A DNA stretch of 64,000 nt. Source: the human T2T-CHM13v2.0 reference genome, Homo sapiens. Positions within the stretch are counted from its first letter, which is position 1. Every line of letters begins with the position of its first letter. The notes under the pieces were generated by a model. The model was not told the origin of the DNA, searched no databases, and was given only the letters and a program-made list of their open reading frames with translations. Position numbers and translations under genes: made by a program. Of the stretch, positions 43,801-57,325 are shown piece by piece. The stretch lies in NCBI RefSeq assembly GCF_009914755.1, contig NC_060933.1; one strand, 5' to 3'.

Positions 43801-46800
43801 GGAACAGAACGGAATGGAATGGAAAGGAATGGAACGGAACGGAATGGAATGGAATGGAATGAAATGGAATCAACGCGAGTGCAGGGGAATGGAATGGAAT
43901 GGAATGCAATGGAATGGAAACTTCCGGAATGGAATGGAATGGAATGAAATGCAATGGATTCAACTCGATTGCAATGGAATGGAATAGAATGGAATGGAAT
44001 GGAATGGAATGGAATGGAATATATCCGAATAGAATGGTATGGAACGGAATGGAACGGAATGGAACGGAATGGAATGGAATGGAATGGAATGGAATGGAAT
44101 GGCATGGAATGGAATGGAATGGTACGGAATAGAATAGAATGGAACGAATTGTAATGGAATGGAATTGAATGGAATGGAATGGAATGGAATGGAATCAACG
44201 CGAGTGCAGGGGAATGTAATGGAACGGAATGCAATGGAATGTAATCATCCGGAATGGAATGGAATGGAATGGAAAGGAATGGAATCAACCCGAGTGCAAT
44301 GGAATGGAGTGGAATGGAATGGAATGGAATGGAACAACCCGAATGGAATGGAATGTATTGGAGAGTAAGGGAGTTGAATAGAATCAATCCGAATGTAATG
44401 GAATGGAATGCAACGGAATGGAATGGAATGGAATGGAATGGAATGCAAAGGAATGGAATTAACCCGAGTGGAATGGCATGGAATGGAATGCAATGGAATG
44501 GAATGGAATGGAATCAACTCGAGTGGAAAGGAATGGAATGGAATGGAAAGGAATGGAATGAAATCAACTCGAGTGGAATGGAATGGAATGGAATAGATTG
44601 GAATGGATTGCAACGGAATGAAATGGAATGGAATGGAATCAATCATTCCGAGTGGAATGGAAGGGAATGTAATGGAATGGAAAGAAGGGAATGGAATCAA
44701 CCCGATTGGAATGCAAGGCAATGGAATGGAATGGAAAGAAATGGAATGGAATCAACTCGATTGCAATGGAATGGAATGGAATGGAATGGAATGGAATGGA
44801 ATTAACCGGAATAGAATGGAATGCAATGGAATGGAACGGAATGGAATGGAATGGAAGGTAATGGAATCAACACGAGTGCAGAGGAATGGAATGGAATGGA
44901 ATGCAATGGAATGGAATCATCCGGAATGGAATGGAATGGAATGGAATCAACTCCATTGCAATGAAATGGAATGGAATGCAATGCAATAGAATGGAATGGA
45001 ATTAAACCGAATAGAATGGAATGCAATAGAATGGAATGGAACGGAACCGAATGGAGTGGAATGGAATGGAATGGAATCAACGTGAGTGCAGGGGAATGGA
45101 ATGGAATGGAATGCAATGGAATGGAATCATCCGGAATGGAATGGAATGGAATGGAATGGAATGGAATGGAATCAAACCGAGTGCAATGGAATGGAGTGAA
45201 ATGGAATGGAATGGAATGGAAACAACCAGAATGGATTGGAATATAATGGAGTGTAAGGGAATTGAATAGAATCAATCTGAGTGTAATGAAATGGAATTGA
45301 ACGGAATGGAATGGAATGGAATGGAATGGAATGGAATCAACCCGAGTGCAATGGAATGGATTTGAATGGAATGGAATGGAGTGGATTGGATTCAACCCAA
45401 ATGGAATGGAAAGGAATGGAATCAACCTGAGTGGAATGGCATGGAATGGAATGGAATGGAATGGAATGGTTCGGAATAGAATGGATTGGAACAAAATGGA
45501 ATGGAATGGAATGGAATGGAATGGAATGGAATGGAATGGAATGGAATCCAGTCGATTGCAATGGAATAGAATGGAATGGAATGGAACGGATTGGAATGGA
45601 ATGGAATGGAATGGAATGGAATGGAATGGAATGGAATGGAATGGAATTAAATGGAATGGAATGGAATGGAATCAACCCGAGTGTAGGGGACAGGAATGGA
45701 ATGGAATGCAATGGAATGGAATGGAATGGAATGGAATGGAATGGAATCAACCCGAGTGGAATGGCATGGAATGGAATGCAATGGAATGGAATGGAATGGA
45801 AACAACTCGAGTGGAAAGGAATGGAATGGAATGGAAAGGAATGGAATGGAATGGAATGGAATTGAATGGAATGCAATGCAATGGAATGGAATCAACCCGA
45901 GTGCAATCGAATGGAATCGAATGGAATGGAATGCAATGGAATGGATTCAACATGAATGGAATGGAAAGAATGGAATCAACACGAGTGGAATGGCATGGAT
46001 TGGAATGGAATGGAATGGAATCAACCCGAGTACAGGGGAATGGAATGGAATGGAATGCAATGGAATGGAATCATCCGTAATGGAATGGAAAGGAATGGAA
46101 TGGAATGGAATGGAATGGAATTGAATGGAATGGAATCAACTCGATTGCAATCGAATGGAATGGAATGGAATTAACCCGAATAGAATGGAATGGAATGGAA
46201 TGGAACGGAACGGAATGGAATGGAATGGAATGGAACGGAACGGAACGGAATGGATGTAATGGAATGGAATGGAATGGAATGGAATCAACGCGAGTGCAGG
46301 GTAATGGAATGGAATGGAATGCAATGGAATGGAATCTTCCGGAATGGAATGGAATGGAATGGAATGGAATGAAATGCAATTGATTCAACTCGATTGCAAT
46401 GGAATGGAATAGAATGGAATGGAATGGAATGGAATGGAATGGAATTAACCCGAATAGAATGGAATGGAATGCAATGGAATGGAATCAACCCGAGTACAAT
46501 GGAATGGAATGGAATGGAATGGAATGGAATGGAATGGAATGGAATGGAATGCCTTCAAACCGAATGGAATGGAAACGAATGGAATCAACACGAGTGGAAT
46601 GGAATGGAATGGAATGGAACGGAATGGAATGGAATGATACGTAATACAATGGAATGGAACGAAATGGAATGGAATGGAATGGAATGGAATGGAATGGAAT
46701 GGAATGGAATGGAATGGAATCAACGCGAGTGCAGGGTAATGTAATGGAACGGAATGCAATGGAATGGAATCATCCGGAATGGAATGGAATGGAATGGAAT

Positions 46801-49330
46801 GGAATGGAATGGAATCAACCCGAGTGCAATGGAATGGAGTGGAATGGAATGGAATGGAATGGAACAACCCGAATGGAATGGAATGTAATGGAGAGTAAGG
46901 GAGTTGAATAGAATCAATCCGAATGTAATGGAATGGAATGCAACGGAATGGAATTGAATGGAATGCAATGGAATGGAATGGAATGCAAAGGAATGGAATC
47001 AACCCGAGTGGAATGGCATGGAATGGAATGCAATGGATTGGAATGGAATGGAATCAACTCGAGTGGAAAGGAATGGAATGGAATGGAAAGGAATGGAATG
47101 AAGTCAACTCGAGTGGAATGGAATGGAATGGAATGGATTGGAATGGATTGCAATGGAATGAAATGGAATGGAATGGAATGGAATCAATCATTCCGAGTGG
47201 AATGGAAGGGAATGTAATGGAGTGGAAAGAAGGGTATGGAATCAACCCGAGTGGAATGCAAGGCAATGGAATGGAATGGAAAGGAATGGAATGGAAACAA
47301 CTCGATTGCAATGGAATGGAATGGAATGGAATGGAATGGAATGGAATGGAATGGAATGGAATGGAATTAACCGGAATAGAATGGAATGGAATGGAATGGA
47401 ACGGAATGGAATGGAATGGAATGGAATGGAATGGAATCAACACGAGTGCAGGGGAATGGAATGGAATGGAATGCAATGGAATGGAATCATCCGGAATGGA
47501 ATGGAAATGAATGGAATGGAATGGAATAGAATGGAATGGAATTAACCCGAATAGAATGGAATGCAATAGAATGGAATGCAACGGAACCGAATGGAGTGGA
47601 ATGGAATGGAATGGAATCAACCCGAGTACAGGGGAATGGAATGGAATGGAATGCAATGGAATGGAGTCATCCGTAATGGAATGGAAAGGAATGGAATGGA
47701 ATGGAATGGAATGGAATGGAATGGAATGGAATCAACTCGATGGCAATCGAATGGAATGGAATGGAATTAACCCGAATAGAATGGAATGGAATGGAATGGA
47801 ACGGAACGGAATGGAATGGAATGGAATGGAATGGAATCAACGCGAGTGCAGGGGAATGGAATGGAATGGAATGGAATGGAATGGAATCTTCCGGAATGGA
47901 ATGGAATGGAATGAAAGGCAATGGATTCAACTCGATTGCAATGGAATGGAATAGAATGGAATGGAATGGAATGGAATGGAATGGAATTGAATGGAATGGA
48001 ATGCCTTCAAACCGAATGGAATGGAAAGGAATGGAATCAACACGAGTGGAAAAGAATGGAATGGAAAGGAAAGGAATGGAATGGAATGGTACGGAATAGA
48101 ATGGAATGGAACGAACTGGAATTGAATGGAATGGAATGGAATGGAATGGAATGAAATGGAATCGATCCGAGTGGAATAGGAGGGAATGTATTCGAGTGGA
48201 ATGGAAAGGAATAGAATCAACCAGAGTGGAATGGAAGGGAATGGAATGGAATGGAAACTAATAGAATGGAATCAACCCGAGTGGAATGGAATGGAAAGGA
48301 CTGGAATGGAATGGAATGGAATGGAATGGAATGGAATGGAATCAACTCGATTGTAATGGAATGGAATGGAATGGAATGGAATGGAATGGAATGGAATGGA
48401 ATGGAATTAACCCGAATAAAATGGAATGGAATGGAATGGAACGGAATGGAGTGGAATGGAATGGAATCAACCCGAGTGCAGGGGAATGGAATGGAATAGA
48501 ATGCAATGGAATGGAATCATCCGGAATGGAATGGAATGGAATGGAATGCAAAGCAATGGAATCAACTCGATTGCAATGGAATGGAATGGAATGGAAAGGA
48601 ATAGAATGGAATCAACCCGAGCGCAATGGAATGGAGTGGAATGGAATGGAATGGAATGGAACAACCCGAATGGAATGGAATGTAATGGAGAGTAAGGGAG
48701 TTGAATAGAATCAATCCGAATGTAATGGAATGGAACGGAATGGAATGGAATGGAATGGAATGGAATGGAATGGAATGGAATGCAATGGAATGGAATCAAC
48801 CCGAGTACAATGGAACGGAATGGAATGGAATGTAATGGAATGGAATGGAATGGAATGGAATGCAATGGAATGGAATCAACCCGAGTACAATGGAATGGAA
48901 CGGAATGGAATGGAATGGAATGGAATGGAATGGAATGGAATGGAATGGAATGGAATGCAATGGAATGGAATCAACCCGAGTGCAATCGAAAGGAATCGAA
49001 TGGAATGGAATGCAATGGAATGGAATCAACTTGAATGTAATGGAAAGAATGGAATCAACACGAGTGGAATGGCATGGATTGGAATGGAATGGAATGGAAT
49101 CAACCCGAGTACAGGGGAATGGAATGGAATGGAATGCAATGGAATGGAATCATCCGTAATGGAATGGAAAGGAATGGAATGGAATGGAATGGAATGGAAT
49201 GGAATGGAATGGAATCAACTCGATTGCAATCGAATGGAATGGAATGGAATTAACCCGAATAGAATGGAATGGAATGGAATGCAACGGAACGGAATGGAAT
49301 GGAATGGAATGGAATGGAATGGAATGGAAT
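43801..49330 (+). repeat. Higher-order unit family 3, copy U2 (5530 bp; lacks ~2.45 kb)
   Basis: ORF offsets 5525-5535 to the distal part of U1 (38878->44408, 42721->48251) and ~7996-8006 to U3 (44408->52404, 46914->54920). Confidence 0.88.
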
Positions 49331-52300
49331 GGAACAGAACGGAATGGAATGGAAAGGAATGGAACGGAACGGAATGGAATGGAATGGAATGAAATGGAAT
49401 CAACGCGAGTGCAGGGGAATGGAATGGAATGGAATGCAATGGAATGGAAACTTCCGGAATGGAATGGAATGGAATGAAATGCAATGGATTCAACTCGATT
49501 GCAATGGAATGGAATAGAATGGAATGGAATGGAATGGAATGGAATGGAATATATCCGAATAGAATGGTATGGAACGGAATGGAACGGAATGGAACGGAAT
49601 GGAATGGAATGGAATGGAATGGAATGGAATGGAATGACATGGAATGGAATGGAATGGTACGGAATAGAATAGAATGGAACGAATTGTAATGGAATGGAAT
49701 TGAATGGAATGGAATGGAATGGAATGGAATCAACGCGAGTGCAGGGGAATGTAATGGAACGGAATGCAATGGAATGTAATCATCCGGAATGGAATGGAAT
49801 GGAATGGAAAGGAATGGAATCAACCCGAGTGCAATGGAATGGAGTGGAATGGAATGGAATGGAATGGAACAACCCGAATGGAATGGAATTTAATGGAGAG
49901 TAAGGGAGTTGAATAGAATCAATCCGAATGTAATGGAATGGAATGCAACGGAATGGAATGGAATGGAATGGAATGGAATGCAATGGAATGGAATCAACCC
50001 GAGTACAATGGAATGGAATGGAATGGAATGGAATGGAATGGAATGGAATGGAATGGAATGGAATGATACGGAATGGAATGGAATGGAACGAAATGGAATG
50101 GAATGGAATGGAATGGAATGGAATGGAATGGAATGGAATGGAATCGTTCCGAGTGGAATAGGAGGGAATGTATTCGAGTGGAATGGAAAGGAATGGAATC
50201 AACCAGAGTGGAATGGAAGGGAATGGAATGGAATGGAAACTAATAGAATGGAATCAACCCGAGTGGAATGGAATGGAAAGGACTGGAATGGAATGGAATG
50301 GAATGGAATCAACTCGATTGTAATGGAATGGAATGGAATGGAATGGAATGGAATGGAATGGAATGGAATTAACCCGAATACAATGCAATGGAATGGAATG
50401 GAACGGAATGGAGTGGAATGGAATGGAATCAACCCGAGTGCAGGGGAATGGAATGGAATGGAATGCAATGGAATGGAATCATCCGGAATGGAATGGAATG
50501 GAATGGAATGCAAAGCAATGGAATCAACTCGATTGCAATGGAATGGAATGGAATGGAAAGGAATACATTGGAATCAACCCGAGAGGAATGGAATGGAAAG
50601 GACTGGAATGGAGTGGAATGGAATGGAATGGAATGGAATGGAATGGAATGGAATGGAATCAACTTGATTGGAATGGAATGGAATGGAATGGAATGGAATG
50701 GAATCAACCCGACTGCAGGGGAATGGAATGGAATGGAATGCAATGGAATGGATTCAACTTGAATGGAATGGAAAGAATGGAATCAACACGAGTGGAATGG
50801 CATGGATTGGAATGGAATGGAATGCAATCAACCCGAGTACAGGGGAATGGAATGGAATGGAATGCAATGGAATGGAATCATCCGTAATGGAATGGAAAGG
50901 AATGGAATGGAATGGAATGGAATGGAATCGACTCGATTGCAATCGAATGGAATGGAATGGAATTAACCCGAATAGAATGGAATGGAATGGAACGGAAAGG
51001 AATGGAATGGAATGGAATGGAATGGAATGGAATGGAATGGAATGGAATTAACGCGAGTGCAGGGGAATGGAATGGAATGGAGTGCAATGGAATGGAATCT
51101 TCCGGAATGGAATGGAATTGAATGGAATGGAATGGAATGGAATGGAATCAACCCGAGTGCAATGGAATGGAGTGGATTGGAATGGAATGGAATGGAACAA
51201 CCCGAATGGAATGGAATGTAATGGAGACTAAGGGAGTTGAATAGAATCAATCCGAATGTAATGGAATGGAATGGAACGGAATGGAATTGAATGGAATGGA
51301 ATGGAATGCAATGGAATCGAATCAACCCGAGTGCACTGGAATGGAGAGGAATGGAATGGCATGGAATGGAAACTACCCGAATGGAATGGAATGTAATGGA
51401 GTGTAAGGGAATTGAATAGAATCAATCCGAATGTAATGGAATGGAAAGGAACGGAATGGAATGGAATGGAATGGAATGGAATGGAATGCAATGGAATGTA
51501 ATCAACCCGAGTGCAATCGAATGGAATCCAATGGAATGGAATGCAATGGAATGGATTCAACTTGAATGGAATGGAAAGAATGGAATCAACACGAGTGGAA
51601 TGGCATGGATTGGAATGCAATGGAATGGAATCAACCCCAGTACAGGGGAATGGAATGGAATGGAATGCAATGGAATGGAATCATCCGTAATGGAATGGAA
51701 AGGAATGGAATGGAATGGAATGGAATGGAATGGAATGGAATGGATTGGAATAAACTCGATTGCAATCGAATGGAATGGAATGGAATTAACCCGAATAGAA
51801 TGGAATGGAATGGAATGGAACGGAACGGAATGGAATGGAATGGAATGGAATGGAATGGAACGGAACGGACCGGAACGGAACAGAATGGAATGGAATGGAA
51901 TGGAATGGAATGGAATGGAATGGAATGGAATCAACGCGAGTGCAGGGGAATGGAATGGAATGGAATGCAATGGAATGGAATCTTCCGGAATGGAATGGAA
52001 TGGAATGGAAAGGAATGGAATGAAATGCAATGGATTCAACTCGATTGCAATGGAATGGAGTAGAATGGAATGGAATGGAATTAACTCGAATAGAATGGAA
52101 TGGAATGGAATGGAACGGAATGGAACGGAATGGAATGGAATGGAATGGAATGGAATGGAATTGAATGGAATGGAATGGAATGGAATGGAATCAACGCGAG
52201 TGCAGGGGAATGTAATGGAACGGAATGCAATGGAATGGAATCTTCCGGAATGGAATGGAATGGAATGGAATGGAATGGAATCAACCCGAGTGCAATGGAA

Positions 52301-55300
52301 TGGAGTGGAATGGAATGGAATGGAATGGAACAACCCGAATGGAATGGAATGTATTGGAGAGTAAGGGAGTTGAATAGAATCAATCCGAATGTAATGGAAT
52401 GGAATGCAACGGAATGGAATGGAATGGAATGGAATGGAATGCAAAGGAATGGAATTAACCCGAGTGGAATGGCATGGAATGGAATGCAATGGAATGGAAT
52501 GGAATGGAATCAACTCGAGTGGAAAGGAATGGAATGGAATGGAAAGGAATGGAATGAAATCAACTCGAGTGGAATGGAATGGAATGGAATAGATTGGAAT
52601 GGATTGCAACGGAATGAAATGGAATGGAATGGAATCAATCATTCCGAGTGGAATGGAAGGGAATGTAATGGAATGGAAAGAAGGGAATGGAATCAACCCG
52701 ATTGGAATGCAAGGCAATGGAATGGAATGGAAAGAAATGGAATGGAATCAACTCGATTGCAATGGAATGGAATGGAATGGAATGGAATGGAATGGAATTA
52801 ACCGGAATAGAATGGAATGCAATGGAATGGAACGGAATGGAATGGAATGGAAGGTAATGGAATCAACACGAGTGCAGAGGAATGGAATGGAATGGAATGC
52901 AATGGAATGGAATCATCCGGAATGGAATGGAATGGAATGGAATCAACTCCATTGCAATGAAATGGAATGGAATGCAATGCAATAGAATGGAATGGAATTA
53001 AACCGAATAGAATGGAATGCAATAGAATGGAATGGAACGGAACCGAATGGAGTGGAATGGAATGGAATGGAATCAACGTGAGTGCAGGGGAATGGAATGG
53101 AATGGAATGCAATGGAATGGAATCATCCGGAATGGAATGGAATGGAATGGAATGGAATGGAATGGAATCAAACCGAGTGCAATGGAATGGAGTGAAATGG
53201 AATGGAATGGAATGGAAACAACCAGAATGGATTGGAATATAATGGAGTGTAAGGGAATTGAATAGAATCAATCTGAGTGTAATGAAATGGAATTGAACGG
53301 AATGGAATGGAATGGAATGGAATGGAATGGAATCAACCCGAGTGCAATGGAATGGATTCGAATGGAATGGAATGGAGTGGATTGGATTCAACCCAAATGG
53401 AATGGAAAGGAATGGAATCAACCTGAGTGGAATGGCATGGAATGGAATGGAATGGAATGGAATGGTTCGGAATAGAATGGATTGGAACAAAATGGAATGG
53501 AATGGAATGGAATGGAATGGAATGGAATGGAATGGAATGGAATCCAGTCGATTGCAATGGAATAGAATGGAATGGAATGGAACGGATTGGAATGGAATGG
53601 AATGGAATGGAATGGAATGGAATGGAATGGAATGGAATGGAATTAAATGGAATGGAATGGAATGGAATCAACCCGAGTGTAGGGGACAGGAATGGAATGG
53701 AATGCAATGGAATGGAATGGAATGGAATGGAATGGAATGGAATCAACCCGAGTGGAATGGCATGGAATGGAATGCAATGGAATGGAATGGAATGGAAACA
53801 ACTCGAGTGGAAAGGAATGGAATGGAATGGAAAGGAATGGAATGGAATGGAATGGAATTGAATGGAATGCAATGCAATGGAATGGAATCAACCCGAGTGC
53901 AATCGAATGGAATCGAATGGAATGGAATGCAATGGAATGGATTCAACATGAATGGAATGGAAAGAATGGAATCAACACGAGTGGAATGGCATGGATTGGA
54001 ATGGAATGGAATGGAATCAACCCGAGTACAGGGGAATGGAATGGAATGGAATGCAATGGAATGGAATCATCCGTAATGGAATGGAAAGGAATGGAATGGA
54101 ATGGAATGGAATGGAATTGAATGGAATGGAATCAACTCGATTGCAATCGAATGGAATGGAATGGAATTAACCCGAATAGAATGGAATGGAATGGAATGGA
54201 ACGGAACGGAATGGAATGGAATGGAATGGAACGGAACGGAACGGAATGGATGTAATGGAATGGAATGGAATGGAATGGAATCAACGCGAGTGCAGGGTAA
54301 TGGAATGGAATGGAATGCAATGGAATGGAATCTTCCGGAATGGAATGGAATGGAATGGAATGGAATGAAATGCAATTGATTCAACTCGATTGCAATGGAA
54401 TGGAATAGAATGGAATGGAATGGAATGGAATGGAATGGAATTAACCCGAATAGAATGGAATGGAATGCAATGGAATGGAATCAACCCGAGTACAATGGAA
54501 TGGAATGGAATGGAATGGAATGGAATGGAATGGAATGGAATGGAATGCCTTCAAACCGAATGGAATGGAAACGAATGGAATCAACACGAGTGGAATGGAA
54601 TGGAATGGAATGGAACGGAATGGAATGGAATGATACGTAATACAATGGAATGGAACGAAATGGAATGGAATGGAATGGAATGGAATGGAATGGAATGGAA
54701 TGGAATGGAATGGAATCAACGCGAGTGCAGGGTAATGTAATGGAACGGAATGCAATGGAATGGAATCATCCGGAATGGAATGGAATGGAATGGAATGGAA
54801 TGGAATGGAATGGAATGGAATCAACCCGAGTGCAATGGAATGGAGTGGAATGGAATGGAATGGAATGGAACAACCCGAATGGAATGGAATGTAATGGAGA
54901 GTAAGGGAGTTGAATAGAATCAATCCGAATGTAATGGAATGGAATGCAACGGAATGGAATTGAATGGAATGCAATGGAATGGAATGGAATGCAAAGGAAT
55001 GGAATCAACCCGAGTGGAATGGCATGGAATGGAATGCAATGGATTGGAATGGAATGGAATCAACTCGAGTGGAAAGGAATGGAATGGAATGGAAAGGAAT
55101 GGAATGAAGTCAACTCGAGTGGAATGGAATGGAATGGAATGGATTGGAATGGATTGCAATGGAATGAAATGGAATGGAATGGAATGGAATCAATCATTCC
55201 GAGTGGAATGGAAGGGAATGTAATGGAGTGGAAAGAAGGGTATGGAATCAACCCGAGTGGAATGCAAGGCAATGGAATGGAATGGAAAGGAATGGAATGG

Positions 55301-57325
55301 AAACAACTCGATTGCAATGGAATGGAATGGAATGGAATGGAATGGAATGGAATGGAATGGAATGGAATTAACCGGAATAGAATGGAATGGAATGGAATGG
55401 AACGGAATGGAATGGAATGGAATGGAATGGAATGGAATCAACACGAGTGCAGGGGAATGGAATGGAATGGAATGCAATGGAATGGAATCATCCGGAATGG
55501 AATGGAAATGAATGGAATGGAATGGAATAGAATGGAATGGAATTAACCCGAATAGAATGGAATGCAATAGAATGGAATGCAACGGAACCGAATGGAGTGG
55601 AATGGAATGGAATGGAATCAACCCGAGTACAGGGGAATGGAATGGAATGGAATGCAATGGAATGGAGTCATCCGTAATGGAATGGAAAGGAATGGAATGG
55701 AATGGAATGGAATGGAATGGAATGGAATGGAATGGAATCAACTCGATGGCAATCGAATGGAATGGAATGGAATTAACCCGAATAGAATGGAATGGAATGG
55801 AATGGAACGGAACGGAATGGAATGGAATGGAATGGAATGGAATCAACGCGAGTGCAGGGGAATGGAATGGAATGGAATGGAATGGAATGGAATCTTCCGG
55901 AATGGAATGGAATGGAATGAAAGGCAATGGATTCAACTCGATTGCAATGGAATGGAATAGAATGGAATGGAATGGAATGGAATGGAATGGAATTGAATGG
56001 AATGGAATGCCTTCAAACCGAATGGAATGGAAAGGAATGGAATCAACACGAGTGGAAAAGAATGGAATGGAAAGGAAAGGAATGGAATGGAATGGTACGG
56101 AATAGAATGGAATGGAACGAACTGGAATTGAATGGAATGGAATGGAATGGAATGGAATGAAATGGAATCGATCCGAGTGGAATAGGAGGGAATGTATTCG
56201 AGTGGAATGGAAAGGAATAGAATCAACCAGAGTGGAATGGAAGGGAATGGAATGGAATGGAAACTAATAGAATGGAATCAACCCGAGTGGAATGGAATGG
56301 AAAGGACTGGAATGGAATGGAATGGAATGGAATGGAATGGAATGGAATCAACTCGATTGTAATGGAATGGAATGGAATGGAATGGAATGGAATGGAATGG
56401 AATGGAATTAACCCGAATAAAATGGAATGGAATGGAATGGAACGGAATGGAGTGGAATGGAATGGAATCAACCCGAGTGCAGGGGAATGGAATGGAATAG
56501 AATGCAATGGAATGGAATCATCCGGAATGGAATGGAATGGAATGGAATGCAAAGCAATGGAATCAACTCGATTGCAATGGAATGGAATGGAATGGAAAGG
56601 AATAGAATGGAATCAACCCGAGCGCAATGGAATGGAGTGGAATGGAATGGAATGGAATGGAACAACCCGAATGGAATGGAATGTAATGGAGAGTAAGGGA
56701 GTTGAATAGAATCAATCCGAATGTAATGGAATGGAACGGAATGGAATGGAATGGAATGGAATGGAATGGAATGGAATGGAATGGAATGCAATGGAATGGA
56801 ATCAACCCGAGTACAATGGAACGGAATGGAATGGAATGTAATGGAATGGAATGGAATGGAATGGAATGCAATGGAATGGAATCAACCCGAGTACAATGGA
56901 ATGGAACGGAATGGAATGGAATGGAATGGAATGGAATGGAATGGAATGGAATGGAATGGAATGGAATGCAATGGAATGGAATCAACCCGAGTGCAATCGA
57001 AAGGAATCGAATGGAATGGAATGCAATGGAATGGAATCAACTTGAATGTAATGGAAAGAATGGAATCAACACGAGTGGAATGGCATGGATTGGAATGGAA
57101 TGGAATGGAATCAACCCGAGTACAGGGGAATGGAATGGAATGGAATGCAATGGAATGGAATCATCCGTAATGGAATGGAAAGGAATGGAATGGAATGGAA
57201 TGGAATGGAATGGAATGGAATGGAATCAACTCGATTGCAATCGAATGGAATGGAATGGAATTAACCCGAATAGAATGGAATGGAATGGAATGCAACGGAA
57301 CGGAATGGAATGGAATGGAATGGAA
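49331..57325 (+). repeat. Higher-order unit family 3, copy U3 (~8.0 kb)
   Basis: Full-length match to U1 marker order (CCCGAGAGG, GGAGACTAAGGG, GTATTGGAGAG, CCAGTCGATT, GTAGGGGACAGG, CCCGAGCGCAAT). Match is lost after ~57.33 kb. Confidence 0.88.
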
